Of a stretch of 64,000 bases of DNA, positions 62,114-64,000 are shown piece by piece (position 1 is the stretch's first letter; every line of letters starts with the position of its first letter). The stretch is taken from NCBI GenBank assembly GCA_002633005.1, contig NMRA01000370.1, forward strand, positions 372,001 to 436,000, written 5' to 3'. The stretch is from Phoronis australis (lineage: Eukaryota; Animalia; Phoronida). Made by a program: the position numbers and the translations under genes. The notes beneath the pieces are model-generated. The model saw only the letters and a list, made by a program, of their open reading frames with translations, did no database searches and had not been told where the DNA came from.

Positions 62114-63615
62114 AGGCTGACCCATAAAGGCTTATTGTGTTGAGGAATTGGGCGGCACACCACAGGGGGCCGGAGGGGGGCTATAGCCCCACATATTTCT
62201 TGCTCCGCACCCATTGGATATGGGCGGCACACCATAGTGGGCTGGGCTGGGGGCTATAGCCCACCTCCCCATGTTGATTAGAATAGCTCCCTGGTGACCA
62301 GACACTCTTACAGACTCATATATCACTGCTGAGCATGCATAGTTTCTTTTCTCTCCCCTCCACATTTCATAGTGTGTAGTTTGTAGGCGTGTGTTTTGTA
62401 CTGAGCTCACCCATATAGTCACGTTATGGCCTAAATCAACACCCCACAAGTATTCCACTCATGTGTTGCCCCGCCCAGATGTTTAACAGTCTTTTGTTTT
62501 TCCTTTAGTGAGTTACCCAAACTCTTCAGAGTACGAAAGGCACTTTAGTAGTCGGGATTTAGCTTTAGTCCTAAAAAGTCCACCCATGCATACTGAGATA
62601 CTCGAGTCTGCATATAGATTTCCATGTGGCCACCAAAAGCTACTGAGAAGTCAAACACTCTCCTCTTGTAGCCAGATAGCTAGCTGTGGATCACAGACAC
62701 GGGGACTCAGTCTACACTGTTACTGAACATTAAAACACATAGCTTTTATTCAGCTTTGCACTACGGTTTCTCCCATGGAGGCATTAGCAACATACACCCA
62801 CAGGCGTCCTCAGCTTCTGATCGTCCCCAATACACTACATATAATACTACAATCTAAAGACCTGTGGTCCGATTCCCAGTTGGGGTTCCTGATTTTTCTG
62901 TGTTTATTTGAGATGCGTAAGATTGTGAAAACATTGATCTAACTTGGGGAAAAAAGAATAATTCATATAACCTCAAAGATTTTTGAGTAAATGACGAAAT
63001 ACTCTGAAAAATTAGGTTTCTGGTTTTTGCTATTTTTGAATTCATTTGTTACACCAATTTCATTTTTAGAATTGTTTTGAAATATTTTGGAACAAAAGAA
63101 ATATTTTCACCGAACCATGGTAATTTTTTAAGTGTTTTGTCGTTTGAAAGTGGTTTGGTGACTCTCTATCTTGTTTTAGCAATACAGTAAGCTATCTATT
63201 CCCAAATATAGTTGTCTAAACTTGATATTTTTTGTGGCCTGAAATTTTTGGGTGCTATTTGCTAAAAAAGGGCTATTTTTGAGGCTGTAATACTTAAATA
63301 ACTCGAGAGCCACCTAAGCAATTTTAAAAAATATATATAAATGGCATGTCTAAAGCTACCATTTTAGACTATTGAAGTGTTTCTGATGAAATTTGTATTT
63401 TGCTTTGCTCTGACAGCTACTTTTTGTAAAACAATACGCAAAGGGTGTTTTTGTATTCCTTCTCAGAAATGTATGCAACACTGACTTTATGTAATGTTGT
63501 TATGTTTTTTCCTGTTTGTCATTGTAAAAATCAATTCCATTATATATTTGTGTTGTCATTTTTCACTTAACAATTGTAAAGTAAGGCAGGGGAATCTCAG
63601 ACCCCTGTTACTTAC

Positions 63616-63624
63616 TCATTGGAA
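63616..63624 (-). CDS. Candidate 9-nt microexon, possibly of the copine gene
   Basis: Minus strand: catttttcatttctttattttcccag|TTCCAATGA|gtaagt. Strong polypyrimidine tract and perfect donor; open in phase 2, which matches the phase of copine exon 26185-26216. Confidence 0.35.
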   Translation of the reverse strand, partial: FQ

Positions 63625-64000
63625 CTGGGAAAATAAAGAAATGAAAAATGTCTAATTTGTGTGTGCTGTGCTATCTGATAACCACTAAAAATAAGGCTGA
63701 CAGAACACCTTTCATAACCTAAGTCTTTCCCTCTCATGTTCTCTGTTTCAAATTTTGTGGTATTTTGTTTCAGTTGGTGGTTTTATTTCATGTTATAACT
63801 TTTTTCTTCTGCAGGCAAAAATATAGCACTTAAAATTGAATTCCCTTCACTAAGTATAAAGTACAAAAACTTAATTTATAAAAAATGTACTATACAAGTT
63901 TCCTTTCCAACGTTGAATATCTGTTGGCGTCACAAAACCCTAAAGAAAATTACAGTGCCAACTGGTCCTTCAAAATTTTGACTTCTTCAATTCACTGGTT

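Overview
AT-rich animal genomic DNA with spliceosomal GT-AG introns; the repeat landscape suggests a marine invertebrate, possibly a lophotrochozoan (inference). I reconstructed three protein-coding genes exon by exon with consistent phases. (1) A + strand LENG9-like gene (5693-9439) encoding RWD + MJ1316/DUF504 + AKAP7-type 2H phosphoesterase domains. (2) A - strand copine (CPNE5/8/9-like; 12 exons, 26216->13763) covering C2B and vWA only; no C2A exons were found in the window. (3) A + strand IRE1/ERN1 gene (20 exons, 31444-58067) whose signal-peptide exon is not securely located. Highlights: two miniature LTR elements with tRNA-like LTRs, a tRNA-Ser PBS, a PPT and a 4-bp TSD (Helenus-type TRIM); an inverted tRNA-head plus Penelope-type hammerhead element in an IRE1 intron; hammerhead core motifs in a non-canonical order in the 3' UTR of a HERO-like retroelement; four independent tandem duplications centred on IRE1 splice sites; and IRE1 possibly nested in a copine intron, with a candidate 9-nt copine microexon at 63.6 kb. 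The window also holds many MITEs, Kolobok/THAP remnants, a Helentron-type HINE, minisatellites, two N gaps and three single-N joins with duplicated flanks. All calls were made by eye; no searches were run.
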